Below, in pieces: positions 47,350-57,122 of a DNA stretch of 64,000 nucleotides (the stretch's first letter is position 1; every line of letters starts with the position of its first letter). This stretch comes from an uncultured Granulosicoccaceae bacterium (GTDB lineage Bacteria > Pseudomonadota > Gammaproteobacteria > Granulosicoccales > Granulosicoccaceae). A program made the position numbers and the translations under genes. The notes below the pieces were generated by a model. The model worked only from the letters and a program-made list of their open reading frames with translations, searched no databases and was not told where the DNA came from. The stretch is from positions 47,379 through 111,378 of the forward strand of contig CALLLW010000012.1 in assembly GCA_938007995.1 (NCBI GenBank), written 5' to 3'.

Positions 47350-50300
47350 CTACAACTCAACCACCGCGCAATTATCGAACACAGCCGAGTCGTCAGCATA
47401 CAACGTGACCGCACCACGTGCGGTACCGGCAGGCGCAGTCTCGCCCACGACAACCGTGGTGAATGCCGTACCAGCTACGCTGCTTTCGTTGCTTGCGAGC
47501 CCGGTGAACTCAACATCTGAGAAGCCGATGGTCAGACTTGCAAAGGCGGTCGAGCTGGCTGAACAACTCACCGCATACTCGCTGCCCGGAGTCGCCTCAA
47601 ACTCCTGAAATGCACAGCTGGTGGTGCCAAGAACCAGCGCATCTGTGTTGTCCGGCCCCAGCGCTTCAATCTCGGTTGAACCACCACACGAAAGCCACTC
47701 GGTACCACCGTTAGAAAAATCACCGTTACTCAGCAGGTTATCTGCAGGATCAACCACGACCACCGGCTCTGGTGTTACCCCACCGGTAATCACTACACCG
47801 CAGCTGTCAAACGACGCGTCTGATTCACCGAATAACGTCACTGCACCATAGCGCGCGTTATCTGAAGCTGTGATTGCGATTGCGCTATTCTGAAAAAGCC
47901 TGCCGACCACTTGCTGTTGTTGAGAACTTAGCTCGGCAAATGTGCTGTCGTATTCAATGAAAGAAACACTGGCAAAGCCGTCGTTGCTCTTGCCAACACA
48001 GGCGAGCGAATATTCAGCACCTGGAATCAAAGTGAACTCCTGAAACAGACATCCGCTGTTAGTGAGGTTGACCGACTGCCCCCCGTTGACTCCGTCAGTA
48101 GTCAGCGTTTGTTGTCCACCACATCCAAACCAGCCATCGAGATTATTGGTGAATGTCGAGTTGATCAGTAATTCGTTCACAGCAGGCTCTACAGCGACCG
48201 GAACAGTAGTAGCCAGATCTTCAAGCACAATACAATTATCAAAATTTGCCTGATCTGCAGCATAAAGGGTAACCGCACCCTGGACGCTGCCAGCCGGAGC
48301 CACAACCGACGTAGTGATCGGTGCACCACTGGTGCTGGTGACTGCAACAAGCTCAGATTCCAGCGCTGCAAAGCTTGCATCACTAACGCTCAGCTGGACA
48401 CTCGCAAAGCCTGCAGGTGCTGCAGCATCACATCTCAATGTATAGGTTGCATTCGGTGTGACGCTAAACTCCTGAAACAGGCAACCGCCTGAACTCAAAG
48501 AGGCAGTACCACCACTGACAGTCGCCTGACCACCGCACGACACCCAGTCAGATAAATCTGTATTAAAACCACCGTTGCTTACCAGGTTATCCGGATTTTC
48601 AGGGCTGGATGGCGCAATCACCGGTGCAGCAGAAGGCAGCAAGGCTTGTCTGTTTACAGCACCTGACTCATAGGAAACCTCAAGCGTTTGACCACCGCTG
48701 CGCTGAAAGTACTCAACCACAATGTCGTGCTCTCCCGCGGTCAGGTTGATGCTGCCTTGTTGCTCTTCGGCACGGTGCAATCCATCGTTATCAACGACTA
48801 GCTGGCCATTTACATACAATGCGCTGCCATCATCCGATACAGTGTAGAACGTATATTCATCCGCTTGTGAAACATACAGTGTTGTGTTGTAGCGAAAACC
48901 GAAGAATCGCGCTTGCTCTTTCGGGTCAGTAGAAAACTCTGTCAGCTCGCCAGTGGCGACCGGTGTTAGCGCGTCAAAATCCGGCAATGCAGCCCACGTA
49001 CCTTCATAGTATTCATACGCGATCACTGCTTGCGATGGTGCTGAAGGTGTTGAAGGCGCTGCGGGTGCTGTCGGGTTAAAAGGAATCACCTGTTCAACCG
49101 GCACCGCCTGGTTACCCTGGTCATCCAGCGGCACCAGAAATGCTGCCAGACTCTGTTTGGTGATCAGCGGTCCCTGCATCTGCACTGATAGAGACTCCAG
49201 CCCGCCCTTTTCGAAGTAAGTAACAACAATTTCATGCGTACCGGCAGATAAGCCAACACTGCCCTGAGCTTCTCTCGAAGCGTGTAACCCGTCATTATCT
49301 ACAACCAGACGACCATTAACGAATAACTGACTACCATCATCCGAGTTGGTAAAGAAAGTGTAGTTACCTTCCTCTGTGATCGATATGGTTGCGCTAAAGC
49401 GAAATCCAAAGTTTTCATCCGCCAACCTTTCGCTGGTGCTGAAATCACCGGTCTCACCAGTTGCCACTGGTGTTAATGCGTCAAAGTCAGGTAACTCATC
49501 CCACTCACCTTCGTAATACTCAAAGCTAATAAAAGACGGGGGTTCAGGAACATTTTCAGCGGTTGGATTGATCATAATAGTATGGCCTTCTGATGGCACA
49601 CCGTTTTGATTCAGCCCGAACACCCAGTAGTAACCTGGAATAAGAACGTTGCTGTTAGAAGGCAACTGTACGTTGTAGTTTCCGTTAGACGTCTCGACGA
49701 ATCCCAGTGGAATAAAACGCTGATCAGTTGAATGATGATGCGTCAGTGCCATCAAGCGCACCATCGAAAAGGTTTGCAGACCGGCAGTGGCTGAAAACTG
49801 CAGTGCCTGGCCGGCTATCGCCTCTGCTGGTCCTGATGCAATTTGCGGCCGGGTAGCGCGAGTTCCATCATTATTAAACAGATACGGCGGCTCGAATATC
49901 TCACCGTTTCTCTGATTGGTGGCGCAGTTTCCGCACAGCCCGCTGCCCATCGCCGCGACGCGGCCATCCTTAAGCAACATGGCGGTAGAGTGATAGTTAC
50001 GTGGTCTGCTGTGCGGTGCAAGCACCTGCCATTGACCTGTATCCGGATCCCATAGCTCTGGAAACAGTTGTGTTCCTTCATCAGAAAACTGTATCCCACT
50101 ACTGTTGCCACCAATCACCAGCACCTGACCGTTCGGCAGTACCACACTATCCTGCATTGAACGTTCATACGTCATTGGTTCGGTAGCAGTGACTACCGGC
50201 GTGGTGCCATTTAAATCAATGGTCATAGCCGTATTCACCGCCGGCTGACCACCACCTGCAACCAGCATCTTACCGATGTCATACATCACAGTAGTATTGT

Positions 50301-51219
50301 ACAAACGGTGCTGGTCTTCAGACTCACGCTTACCATGTGGTATGACCGTAGAACCGTTGGTGTAAAGGTCAAGACTGAGTAGATTAGTCGTCGGCCCCGG
50401 GTGAAACAGGCTACCGTCGGGTGCGACATTAAACGCAGGAAACCAGGTACGCTGATTATTCTTCGCTGCAGTATCACTGGTGATCTGTTGTAAATTTGTA
50501 CGCGGCAGGGTTCTCCAGCCTTCCCCTTCAGTCCACAACTCGGAATTGGCGGTGGTTTTACCCAGTGCAATAAAAACCTGACCACTCGGCAGTGTGGTAC
50601 TGGTGGGATACCAGCGCGGTGTATTCAATGAATCGGTCAGGCTCCAGCTGTTACCGTCAAACACACTGTTGGTGGTTATAGTCGCACCACCACCTGAAGT
50701 AAGTACATTGCCATCAGGCAGCATCGCCACACCGGAGCAAAACATGTTGTGGTTATCATTCGGCATATCAGTGAACGATTCTGTTACCGGGTCGAAGATT
50801 GAGCCATGTGTAAAAGCCGTGTTTGTACCAAACCCCTCTACCCTTGTTGAAGACCAGGTCAGCAACCGGCCGTCAGGCATATGCGCAGCACCAGTGGCAA
50901 TCTGAGGCCACTCAATTAGATCACCCCAGCGTCCAAGGTTGATATTTTCAGACGCATCGTGCGCTGCACCAATCTCCGGCGGTACCACAAAAGCCGGGTA
51001 GTCCTGCGCCAGCACCGCCCAGTACTCATCATCTTCGATAATGCCGGAACTGGAACCGGACGTGCTATCAGTACCACCTGTACCACCGGAAAAATCGGTG
51101 TTGCCGGTTTCAGGCACCGCTGACGACTCAGCACCTTCGATCCCGAGCGGGTCACCGTCACACGCGGACAGTAAGACTGAAAGAACCGCAATTGCAGAAC
51201 AATATTTAACAGCGGACAT
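47350..51219 (-). CDS. secreted lipoprotein: galactose-oxidase-like copper radical oxidase (AA5-type) + DUF1929-like Ig domain + 2 PA14 domains + 3 CBM4/9-like modules
   Basis: The preferred start at 51219 is preceded by AAGGAG and gives a lipobox (AVLSVLLSAC). Candidate active-site motifs are HNMFCSGVAMLPDG, RWYPTSTTLPSG, RNYHSTAMLLKDGRV and LTHHHSTDQRFIPL. There are two YEYYEG...SDDGS.L.VNG.LVVDNDGLH PA14 repeats and three N(L)(L/V)SNGxF...W..CGG...C.FQEF...FD.C modules. Confidence 0.7.
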   Translation of the reverse strand: MSAVKYCSAIAVLSVLLSACDGDPLGIEGAESSAVPETGNTDFSGGTGGTDSTSGSSSGIIEDDEYWAVLAQDYPAFVVPPEIGAAHDASENINLGRWGDLIEWPQIATGAAHMPDGRLLTWSSTRVEGFGTNTAFTHGSIFDPVTESFTDMPNDNHNMFCSGVAMLPDGNVLTSGGGATITTNSVFDGNSWSLTDSLNTPRWYPTSTTLPSGQVFIALGKTTANSELWTEGEGWRTLPRTNLQQITSDTAAKNNQRTWFPAFNVAPDGSLFHPGPTTNLLSLDLYTNGSTVIPHGKRESEDQHRLYNTTVMYDIGKMLVAGGGQPAVNTAMTIDLNGTTPVVTATEPMTYERSMQDSVVLPNGQVLVIGGNSSGIQFSDEGTQLFPELWDPDTGQWQVLAPHSRPRNYHSTAMLLKDGRVAAMGSGLCGNCATNQRNGEIFEPPYLFNNDGTRATRPQIASGPAEAIAGQALQFSATAGLQTFSMVRLMALTHHHSTDQRFIPLGFVETSNGNYNVQLPSNSNVLIPGYYWVFGLNQNGVPSEGHTIMINPTAENVPEPPSFISFEYYEGEWDELPDFDALTPVATGETGDFSTSERLADENFGFRFSATISITEEGNYTFFTNSDDGSQLFVNGRLVVDNDGLHASREAQGSVGLSAGTHEIVVTYFEKGGLESLSVQMQGPLITKQSLAAFLVPLDDQGNQAVPVEQVIPFNPTAPAAPSTPSAPSQAVIAYEYYEGTWAALPDFDALTPVATGELTEFSTDPKEQARFFGFRYNTTLYVSQADEYTFYTVSDDGSALYVNGQLVVDNDGLHRAEEQQGSINLTAGEHDIVVEYFQRSGGQTLEVSYESGAVNRQALLPSAAPVIAPSSPENPDNLVSNGGFNTDLSDWVSCGGQATVSGGTASLSSGGCLFQEFSVTPNATYTLRCDAAAPAGFASVQLSVSDASFAALESELVAVTSTSGAPITTSVVAPAGSVQGAVTLYAADQANFDNCIVLEDLATTVPVAVEPAVNELLINSTFTNNLDGWFGCGGQQTLTTDGVNGGQSVNLTNSGCLFQEFTLIPGAEYSLACVGKSNDGFASVSFIEYDSTFAELSSQQQQVVGRLFQNSAIAITASDNARYGAVTLFGESDASFDSCGVVITGGVTPEPVVVVDPADNLLSNGDFSNGGTEWLSCGGSTEIEALGPDNTDALVLGTTSCAFQEFEATPGSEYAVSCSASSTAFASLTIGFSDVEFTGLASNESSVAGTAFTTVVVGETAPAGTARGAVTLYADDSAVFDNCAVVEL

Positions 51220-51370
51220 GGATAACTCCTTTTTCATCACCCACGCGTCGCGCAAAAAAGACACCGACTCGTCTCTCTGAAGATCGATATCACAAAATCG
51301 GCAACGGGCACTCAAGTTCTATTAAACTGAAGATCGACAAGTCTGATCGATAAAACCGCCTGCTCTGCCT

Positions 51371-51685
51371 ATGACACAAAAAACACTGCTCTGCGACTTA
51401 ACTGACATCCCGCTGCATGAGATGAGATGCATTTCACTGTCGAACAGAAACGTACTGGTTGCCCACACAGAGTACGGCGTTTATGTAAGTGATGAGATAT
51501 GCACTCACGAAGACGCACGCCTGTGTGATGGCAACCTGACTGGCACGCTGGTTAAGTGTCCGCTGCATGGCAGCCGCTTTGACCTGACCACAGGCGCAGT
51601 GCTTGATGATCCGGCGGATATGCCACTGCAGATCTACCCGGTATCCATAGAGAACGGTTCTGTCTATGTTACGTTTCCAGCATAA
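51371..51685 (+). CDS. Rieske [2Fe-2S] ferredoxin-type protein
   Basis: 104 aa. CTHEDARL and CPLHGSRFDL supply the full CxH...CxxH ligand set. Confidence 0.8.
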   Translation: MTQKTLLCDLTDIPLHEMRCISLSNRNVLVAHTEYGVYVSDEICTHEDARLCDGNLTGTLVKCPLHGSRFDLTTGAVLDDPADMPLQIYPVSIENGSVYVTFPA

Positions 51686-51774
51686 CAACCCGGCCAACAC
51701 CGTCACTGGAAACCAAACAGCTTACACCACTGCTTTTTCGAACCAGACACCCTTGACAACGGATAACGTAAATT

Positions 51775-52917
51775 TTGTCAAAGCATGAAATTGAAGTCAC
51801 ACCAATAGCAAGCCCTGAACTGATTCACTCTGTCATACAACGCGTTGCAACAGGGCCGGAACTGAGCAAAAACATATCCTATGACGAAGCTCGTTCAATG
51901 ATGAACGCACTTCTCAGTGGCTCGATTGATCCGGTGCAGGCAGCTGTGTTTTTGATCGGTCTGCGTATGAAGCGCGAAACCGATACAGAGCTGCAAGGTA
52001 TCCTTGATGCGTTGTATGAAAACACCTCACAGGTAGCTGCCAACTGTGATGAAGTCGTTGCATTCTCCGATCCTTTCAACGGATTCAACCGCACCATACC
52101 GGGCTCACTGGCCATGCTGCCGGTGCTTGCTGCCTGTGGTATAAATGGCTACCTCACCGGAGTGGATCAGGTCGGGCCGAAATACGGAGTGACTCATCAT
52201 CTAATCCTGCAGGCACTGGGCGGCAATCCGCTACAAACAATGCAGACCGTTGCAGAGCGATTATCAGAGCCCACGATTGGCTGGGGCTACGCAGATCAAT
52301 CAGTTTACTGCAAACCGCTATACCAGCTGGTGGACCTTCGCGCAAAGATTGTCAAACGACCTGCTCTGAGCACTACCGAGGTGATGATCACACCGATAAC
52401 AGGTGAGGCAAAAACGCACCTTGTTTCTGGCTATGTACATAAGCCGTACCGGCAAATATACGCCATGCTTGCAAAACACAGAGGCCTGGATTCACTCTTA
52501 CTAATACGCGGCACCGAAGGTGGTGTCATACCCTCTTTCCGTGCCAAAGCACATTTTGTACGTTACATTGACAATAAAGACGCAGAGGAACACGATGCTG
52601 ACCTTGAACCACTACAGCTATTCAGATCGTACCGCGCAGAAGACATACCTGATTCAACTCCTAAAGCGCTTGCCCCGAAGTACCATGGCACACAATGGGA
52701 TAACAAGGCACTCGCAGCCTATTGCGGCCAGCAAATAATAAATGCCTTAAACGGTGAACAAGGTGCAGCATACGATGCCGCCGTGCTTGGCACCGCACTG
52801 ACACTCTGGCATGCAGGTAAGAGCCCGACTTTAATCGAAGCCACTACAAATGCCCGCAACGCAATCGCCTCAGGCGAGGCGCTGGAACGTTTTAATAACG
52901 GACTGAATGCGACCTAA
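51775..52917 (+). CDS. TrpD-like (glycosyltransferase family 3 fold) protein lacking the canonical PRPP-binding motifs
   Basis: 380 aa with a TTG start. The N-terminal helical domain (YDEARSMMNALLSGSIDPVQAAVFLIGLRMKRET) and LLLIRGTEGG resemble anthranilate phosphoribosyltransferase. No GTGGD or KHGNR motifs are present; SDPFNGFNRT and GPKYGVT occupy those positions. Confidence 0.55.
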   Translation: MSKHEIEVTPIASPELIHSVIQRVATGPELSKNISYDEARSMMNALLSGSIDPVQAAVFLIGLRMKRETDTELQGILDALYENTSQVAANCDEVVAFSDPFNGFNRTIPGSLAMLPVLAACGINGYLTGVDQVGPKYGVTHHLILQALGGNPLQTMQTVAERLSEPTIGWGYADQSVYCKPLYQLVDLRAKIVKRPALSTTEVMITPITGEAKTHLVSGYVHKPYRQIYAMLAKHRGLDSLLLIRGTEGGVIPSFRAKAHFVRYIDNKDAEEHDADLEPLQLFRSYRAEDIPDSTPKALAPKYHGTQWDNKALAAYCGQQIINALNGEQGAAYDAAVLGTALTLWHAGKSPTLIEATTNARNAIASGEALERFNNGLNAT

Positions 52918-53012
52918 CCATGGCTATAATACACGGATATATTAAAAGACAACTGCACTCGTTACTGTATGATTGTCAGTAGACAGAAAACTGCCCACCA
53001 ACGCTACAGCTA

Positions 53013-54002
53013 ATGATGAACCCAAAACTTGAAGAAAAGCTCGCCCGTATAAAAAGCGGTCACTATCAGCCTGCCGACTTCATCATCGCAGATGCAAAAG
53101 ACGCAGATATGGCATTCGGCATTGCCGCACCGGGGCCAATACCGTCAGACCCGACCGGTATGAAATTCAAAAGCCGTACAGAGTATCTGGCCGCAATGAA
53201 AACCATGGCACAGAGCGGACTGATCGATATCCTGCTGTGCTCAGCATCAAGCCTTGAGCTACTGCACGACGATAAACTTTTCTCAAATACTGATACAACA
53301 CCGGCGGTCAGGTTGAATGACACCACAGATATCTGGTCTGCGCGAGGATCGAGTTATCGTCAAACACCTTCACAGCCATTTCATAGTGTTGATCTCGGCG
53401 CCATAGATCCTGTCTGTAAGCTCGGTTTATACAGTGTTACTTTCTCTAACGATGTGGATGCAGATTTAAACACACTTCATCACTACCGCGAGTATCGTAA
53501 GCGGGCGCGGGATACAGGCATGAGACATTTCCTTGAAGTGTTTAATCCGGCCTTTGATATCAAACTTAACGGCGCGGATACCGGTGACTACATCAACGAT
53601 ATGATTCTCAAAACCCTGGCGGGTATCACACGACAGGATGCTCCGCTATTTTTGAAGATGCAATTTAACGGACATCGCTGCATGACCGACCTTGCAGCCT
53701 ATGATCCCGCTAATCTGGTGATCGGTATTCTCGGTGGTGCTGCTGGTACCACTCGCGATACGTTTGAACTTGCCCACCAGGCGGAGATGGCAGGCGCACG
53801 CATCGCACTATTTGGTCGCAAGATCAATCAGGCAGAATCTCCGCTGGAGCTGGTGCGCCTGCTGCGTCAGGTGATTGAGAAGACACTGAGCTGCGAACAG
53901 GCAGTCAGTCTTTACCACGAACACCTGACTGAAGCCGGTGTAACACCACTGCGTGATATAAAATCCGATATGCAGATAACTGATCCCGTATTGATGGCAT
54001 GA
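53013..54002 (+). CDS. class I aldolase-like TIM-barrel protein (DhnA/FbaB-like), function unknown
   Basis: 329 aa. The C-terminal half resembles DhnA-type aldolases: FLKMQFNG (candidate Schiff-base Lys region), ILGGAAGTTRD and ALFGRKI. The N-terminal half was not recognised. Confidence 0.45.
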   Translation: MMNPKLEEKLARIKSGHYQPADFIIADAKDADMAFGIAAPGPIPSDPTGMKFKSRTEYLAAMKTMAQSGLIDILLCSASSLELLHDDKLFSNTDTTPAVRLNDTTDIWSARGSSYRQTPSQPFHSVDLGAIDPVCKLGLYSVTFSNDVDADLNTLHHYREYRKRARDTGMRHFLEVFNPAFDIKLNGADTGDYINDMILKTLAGITRQDAPLFLKMQFNGHRCMTDLAAYDPANLVIGILGGAAGTTRDTFELAHQAEMAGARIALFGRKINQAESPLELVRLLRQVIEKTLSCEQAVSLYHEHLTEAGVTPLRDIKSDMQITDPVLMA

Positions 54003-55039
54003 GTGACAAACTCACCATTAACTCTGACAGGTGCGGAATCATATCCGCCTGCACCTGGGCGCTTGATCGTATAAAGATTATTGATCAGTGGCCACAGGAA
54101 GAGCACCTTGCTCAAATCACAAAAACAGACCGGCAAGGCGGTGGCTGTGGTTACAATCTTGGTGTTGATATTCGCAAGCTTGACGGCTCAGTTCCGGTTG
54201 AGGCCATCGGACTTATTGGCGATGACGCTGACGGGGAGTTCCTGTTACAGCAGGCCACTGCAGCAGGTATTGATACCACTCATCTGCAAACCATCGCAGA
54301 TGACCAAACCTCATACACTGACGTTTACATTGTGGCAGGCACAGGCAGACGCACGTTTTTTCACTATACAGGCACAAGCGACTACATAACGCCTGAGCAT
54401 TTTGACTTTACCCGATGCAAGGGCCGCATTTTGCACCTGGGTTTACTGGGTGTTCACCGTCGTATGGACAAGCCGTGGCAGGCAGAGCCCAGTGGCTGGG
54501 CCTGTGTATTAAAAGATGCACGCCGACACGAGCTATTCACCAATCTTGAGCTGGTTTCGATTGAAGCAGAACGCATAGTAGAAATTGCCGGCCCATGCGT
54601 GCCATTGACAGACAGTTTGATCGCTAACGAATATGAACTGAGTGCACTGACCGGTGCGGAGTTATGCAAAACACCAGGTCTGATAGACAAAAATCTTTTC
54701 ACCGCAGCGGCACAAACGCTGTTCAAACAGAGCCGTAGTGCGAATGGACACCTGCAGCTGGTTGTTGCTCATTGCCCTGATGCGGCATACGCAATGACAC
54801 ATGACGGCACAGTGTACTCAAAGCCAAACTTCAAACTGAATCCAGACCTGATTGTCAGCACTGTTGGGGCCGGTGATGCATTCGCTGCAGGCATGCTGTA
54901 CGGCATTCACCAGGGCTGGGAGCTTGATCGAGCTCTGGAACTTGCACATGCAGCGGCTGCCGCGAGTTTAAGATCAGCTACTACAGTTGAGTCTGTCGAA
55001 AGCGTTCAACAGTGCCTTGACTTTGCCAAAGGCGCTTAG
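53999..55039 (+). CDS. PfkB-family carbohydrate kinase
   Basis: 346 aa. It carries GGCGYNLG and the C-terminal VSTVGAGDAFAAGMLYG (PfkB signature 2). There is a 4-nt overlap with the upstream gene. Confidence 0.85.
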   Translation: MSDKLTINSDRCGIISACTWALDRIKIIDQWPQEEHLAQITKTDRQGGGCGYNLGVDIRKLDGSVPVEAIGLIGDDADGEFLLQQATAAGIDTTHLQTIADDQTSYTDVYIVAGTGRRTFFHYTGTSDYITPEHFDFTRCKGRILHLGLLGVHRRMDKPWQAEPSGWACVLKDARRHELFTNLELVSIEAERIVEIAGPCVPLTDSLIANEYELSALTGAELCKTPGLIDKNLFTAAAQTLFKQSRSANGHLQLVVAHCPDAAYAMTHDGTVYSKPNFKLNPDLIVSTVGAGDAFAAGMLYGIHQGWELDRALELAHAAAAASLRSATTVESVESVQQCLDFAKGA

Positions 55040-55145
55040 TTGTTTCCTATACAGCAGCTGCCACGGCCCAATACCTAAAAAGCTACCTGAAAAGCTACCT
55101 AAAAACCTGTAAACAAAAAATCCGCTCCGGCATACCAGCCTTGCC

Positions 55146-56531
55146 CTACCACAAGCCGGTATCCGGATGAAATTGAGACCATGCAAACCAGAACGCCTGA
55201 TGACTGCCGAGATCATTACCTTCGGCATCAACTGCTCTTATCCCACCGCCATCAAGCACCAGGTTAATATTTTCCACGCCAACTTTTTCATTGCTTGCCA
55301 ACGCAAGAAAGGCTTTGCTGCGTTGAAATGCATATGGCTTGCCTGACTCTGTGATCACTCCAATGATGTCTTCATGCACTGGCAGCCTGGGGTCAATATC
55401 ACCCACAGGAAAAATCGGTCCGTTCGCGTCACGGTTGTTTCGAAAATCCGGGTCTCGTCCCAGTGCCAGCTTCTCAACAAGCACGGTTGTTTGTGGATGC
55501 GCCTGCTTCCAGTCAGCCCATGTTGCAGTGACCACGCCTGCCTGCTTAAGTTGAATACCTTTATCAGCGAGTGATCCGGTCACCGCCTTGCCGGTAAACG
55601 TATCGAAGACAGACCAGGTGTTGAGGTCGTACATGACTTTATTTGAACGACTTAATAAGCCGGACGTCCGCAGCACCGGCCTTTCGATGCTTTCCGGTAG
55701 TTGATCAGTAAAGTACACTTGCGCTGCACCACACAAAGTGCAGTAAGGCATACCAATATCGCGTCCACCCAATGTGTCATTGACCATCTCACGTACTTCC
55801 ATGATCTGCCGCGGGTAGGCACGTGACTCACCATTAATGACAACACCAAAGACAATATCTTCATCGTCCAGCCATTGCGCTTCGTTTGCACTGATTACCT
55901 CGGGGTTATCAGCTGCAGGAATACAACGACACCGGTCATCCGTAGTACCAAAAGGCCGATTGTCGATAAGCACCCCGCCCCAGGATACATGCGTCCAGTC
56001 AATATCTCCCTCAACAAACAGTTTTTCCCACTCAGGCTCAAGCGATGTGAACATCGCTTTTTTTACTGGCAGATATCCTGGAGGTGCAGGGATTTTCCAC
56101 GCGATTAAATAGTCGGTGGTTGTTCCCCATATATTTGCTGTTGCGTATTCAATGCCAAGTAACTTGCCAGCAGCATCAGTCAGAGACTGTAACAGTGGAC
56201 CCCCACTGACAAATCGCATCATGTCACTAACAAGCCACGCTAATCGAGGATCACCGGAATCGGCAATTAGCCGCAATGATATATCCTGGTCGCGTCCCCA
56301 GCCTGCTGTTGCAGCAGGCACTACAAATGCGTCAATCACGGCGTTTTCTATATCTTCTGACAAAGCGCCTGACGGCACAGCCGGCCTTTCACCGAATTTG
56401 TTAATAACGTGCTCCGACAGTTCAGGCACCGGCGGTTCCTGCGCCCCCAGGTTAGGACCTACTAAAAGAAAAAGCAGAACAAACGCAGAGCAACGGAGGT
56501 ACTTAAAAGAAAGTAAGGAGACTGTTTTCAC
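55146..56531 (-). CDS. DUF3179 domain-containing secreted protein (paralogue B)
   Basis: 461 aa with a signal peptide. It is collinear with the 30117 gene and shares long identical runs such as RAYPRQIMEVREMVNDTLGGRDIGMPYCTLCGAAQ and HQAFWFAWSQFHP. Confidence 0.7.
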   Translation of the reverse strand: MKTVSLLSFKYLRCSAFVLLFLLVGPNLGAQEPPVPELSEHVINKFGERPAVPSGALSEDIENAVIDAFVVPAATAGWGRDQDISLRLIADSGDPRLAWLVSDMMRFVSGGPLLQSLTDAAGKLLGIEYATANIWGTTTDYLIAWKIPAPPGYLPVKKAMFTSLEPEWEKLFVEGDIDWTHVSWGGVLIDNRPFGTTDDRCRCIPAADNPEVISANEAQWLDDEDIVFGVVINGESRAYPRQIMEVREMVNDTLGGRDIGMPYCTLCGAAQVYFTDQLPESIERPVLRTSGLLSRSNKVMYDLNTWSVFDTFTGKAVTGSLADKGIQLKQAGVVTATWADWKQAHPQTTVLVEKLALGRDPDFRNNRDANGPIFPVGDIDPRLPVHEDIIGVITESGKPYAFQRSKAFLALASNEKVGVENINLVLDGGGIRAVDAEGNDLGSHQAFWFAWSQFHPDTGLW

Positions 56532-57122
56532 TAGACTGACCTCGATGGCTATTACAGTTCAGACTAGATCGCGCTATCAGAGTTCATCAATGAGAATGAA
56601 ACCAGCACTCACTACTGTCACCTTCGACGACTGATCACCATTCGCGTTCAGGAAAGAATTTGATCAGCTTAACTACGCTGATCGAACAGATGGCATGGGT
56701 TGGTAAAATTGAATAACCAAAATGTGTTTTTGCACTGACATCCGCTGCACAGCTGGCAACGAACACTCTGATAAAACAACACTGTTTATTCTCTGATACA
56801 AAATGTTAGGCGAATTGACACAAGTGTGATTTTTCCTGTCACGCAGCAAAAAACAGAATATGCCTCTCAATTGGTTGTATTTACAACCACTACCTAATGG
56901 GGGTATTATGATTTTCGAGGAACACGCGAGTCACTGCGAATGCGATAGGCGCAGCACGCGGACGCTCTGTGTCACAGGGATAATTGTGAAAATACTTGCC
57001 AGGCAAAAAATACCGTCAATTGTTTTGCGGTTCGGGTACACAACGGAAGTCACTGCGCTCCATGCAGTTGATCTGTTTGTGATTGACCCTGCTAAAACTG
57101 CATTGTGCACGGCGACATTGAA

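Noticed and set aside
47350-51315. Numerous 60-100-aa ORFs inside and antisense to the oxidase gene, plus the 32 extra N-terminal codons of the track ORF
   Set aside because: All of these ORFs are nested in a long ORF with clear domain homology. The start at 51219 has an AAGGAG RBS and yields a proper lipoprotein signal.
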